From contig CAWIIB010000008.1 in assembly GCA_963836075.1 (NCBI GenBank), positions 96,001 to 160,000 of the forward strand: a DNA stretch of 64,000 bases. The letters run 5' to 3'. The stretch is from an uncultured Acidobacteriota bacterium (GTDB lineage Bacteria; Acidobacteriota; JAQAZP01). Below are positions 62,389 to 64,000 of the stretch, piece by piece. The position numbers and the translations under genes were made by a program. The notes below the pieces were generated by a model that saw nothing but the letters and a program-made list of their open reading frames with translations, had not been told where the DNA came from and ran no database searches. Every line of letters starts with the position of its first letter. Position 1 is the stretch's first letter.

Positions 62389-63233
62389 TGGAACTGCTGA
62401 CGCAACGGGATGTATTGTCTCATCAGAGTGAGGTCCCCTGGCCCAGCCTGCGCCAGGTTGAGCAGGACCTGGTCTTGTGCCGGGCCGTTTCAGCGATCTT
62501 CGGTGACGCCTTCCTGCATACTCAAGTAGCCATGCGTGGCGGAACTCTGCTGCACAAGGTCCATCTTGCTCCGGCCGCCCGCTTCAGCGAGGACATCGAC
62601 CTGGTGGCGTGCGGAAACCGTCCCGAGGACCACATCCGCAAGGCGCTGCGCCGGGTACTGATGGACGTTCTTGGCGCGCCACGAGCATCGGTGTGGGAGG
62701 CCGCCACCCTGGCGGTGAGAAACGCGGTTCGTCCTTCTCGCGTGTTGAGAATGACTTACAACGTTTCATCCGTCAGCACTCCGGGAGCCATGCTGGAAGT
62801 CAAGGTCGAAGCAAACGTAACCGAGCGGTCCTCCCACCGGCCAATCGTGGAGATACCATTTGCGTATTTGTTTCGTGGGGAAGCGATTCATACCCGCATC
62901 AGCGGCTATGACATTCACGAGATGCTGGGCACCAAGATGCGGGCCCTGTTCCAGCGCCGTCGGGGCCGCGATCTGTTCGATCTCTACTGGGCGTTCACGC
63001 ACCACCAGCCGCCGGTGGATCCGGCCAAAGTCTTAGCATCCTTCCTGCACTACCTGGAGGCGGAAAGGACCAGGGCCCGCCGCAGGGAGTTCATCGACAT
63101 TCTCGAATCCCATCTCGCCGATCCGGGATTTCGCTCGGACACGGACCACCTCCTGCGCCAGGGCATAGACTACGATTCGCGCCAGGCCGGAAACGTCATC
63201 CGTACCAGCCTGCTCGCTCTGTTGCCGGAATGA
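62385..63233 (+). CDS. abiEii: Type IV TA toxin, AbiEii nucleotidyltransferase
   Basis: QVEQDL, RGGTLL, RFSEDIDL, KVE.N, TKMRALFQR...RDLFDL; ATGA overlap with the antitoxin. Confidence 0.9.
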   Translation: MMELLTQRDVLSHQSEVPWPSLRQVEQDLVLCRAVSAIFGDAFLHTQVAMRGGTLLHKVHLAPAARFSEDIDLVACGNRPEDHIRKALRRVLMDVLGAPRASVWEAATLAVRNAVRPSRVLRMTYNVSSVSTPGAMLEVKVEANVTERSSHRPIVEIPFAYLFRGEAIHTRISGYDIHEMLGTKMRALFQRRRGRDLFDLYWAFTHHQPPVDPAKVLASFLHYLEAERTRARRREFIDILESHLADPGFRSDTDHLLRQGIDYDSRQAGNVIRTSLLALLPE

Positions 63234-63342
63234 GCGCGTGACCTGGACGGTGTGCCCGGTCAAGGCGGTGGGAATTCCATTTGCGATGCGGAGTGTTATA
63301 TGCTGTCGGTCGCAAACGAAATCAGCAGCAGAGGGAATGAAC

Positions 63343-64000
63343 ATGGCCACATCCAATAACATGCCGGCAAGCGTGCTCGACGATCCCCGCCTCGTCTATC
63401 TGCGCAACGGGATGATGGGCCGGGACAGCGAGATCGAGACGCCCTTCGGGCCCCGGCGCCGTCTCTACTTCGACTACATCGCCTCGGGCCTGCCCTTCGA
63501 ACCCATCGAAAAGGTGATCAGCGAACGGATTTTGCCGCAGATGGCCAACACCCACACCGAGAGCAACAGCTCGGGGCGCCAGATCACCTTTCACGTGGAG
63601 AACGCCTACCGCAGCATCTCCCGGGCCGTGGGCGCCACCGACGACGACGTGCTGATCTTTGTGGGCGCCGGTGCCACGGCGGCCATCAACCGGCTGATCC
63701 TGGCGCTCGGTCTTCGGGTTCCCGAGCAGGCCGCGAAACTCTGCGATTTCAAGGGCCGGGTGCCCCCGGAAAAACGTCCGGTCATTTTCCGCTCGATGAT
63801 GGAACATCACTCCAATGACATCTCCTGGCGGGAGACCATCGGGGAGACCCGTTTCGTCGGCTTTGACAAGAGCGGCCAGATCGACTGGCGCGACCTGGAG
63901 CGTCAACTGAATGAACCGGACGTTCGCGACCGCCCGCTGAAGATCGGAACCTTCTCCGCCGGCTCCAACGTCACCGGCATTCTCACCGAGGTGGATACGC
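63343..64000 (+). CDS. Class V PLP-dependent aminotransferase/cysteine-desulfurase-like protein, partial
   Basis: TPFG....YFDYIASG, ANTHTE, GAGATAAINRL, MEHHSN, FSAGSNVTG; runs off the window end. Confidence 0.88.
   Translation, partial: MATSNNMPASVLDDPRLVYLRNGMMGRDSEIETPFGPRRRLYFDYIASGLPFEPIEKVISERILPQMANTHTESNSSGRQITFHVENAYRSISRAVGATDDDVLIFVGAGATAAINRLILALGLRVPEQAAKLCDFKGRVPPEKRPVIFRSMMEHHSNDISWRETIGETRFVGFDKSGQIDWRDLERQLNEPDVRDRPLKIGTFSAGSNVTGILTEVDT

Overview
High-GC bacterial chromosome segment. The ADOP-type permease and the amidase-GerMN-murI-rph-rdgB block suggest Acidobacteriota (inference). Left to right it holds: an EFR1 ferredoxin and a porin; a CapA-PlsC-FeeM-like GNAT-MMPL block with Pho-box-like repeats facing a large LolA-like/beta-barrel protein; an M1 peptidase; a sigma54-driven efflux/ABC operon with its own two-component system; and a ~16.5 kb surface-glycan modification region. 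That region has four radical SAM enzymes (one apparently fused to a CapK/PaaK ligase), two sulfotransferases, two GT4s, a methyltransferase, a sulfatase-like protein and a pyruvyltransferase, and is interrupted by a small AbrB-Doc islet. Next come PBP1B, an HPr-kinase-like gene divergent from an 88-aa RiPP-precursor-like peptide, thiE, housekeeping genes (murI, rph, rdgB, six tRNAs, tig, clpP, clpX, lon, engB, rho, rpmE, prfA, prmC), an AbiE type IV toxin-antitoxin pair and a partial class V aminotransferase. Seven genes, including rho and prfA, are broken by single-base insertions that look like assembly errors. The best candidates for an undescribed system are the YxxP-leader peptide plus HprK-like kinase, the CapK-ThiH/NosL-like radical SAM fusion, and the putative phosphate-starvation aminolipid module. 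All family calls come from motif recognition; no database search was run.
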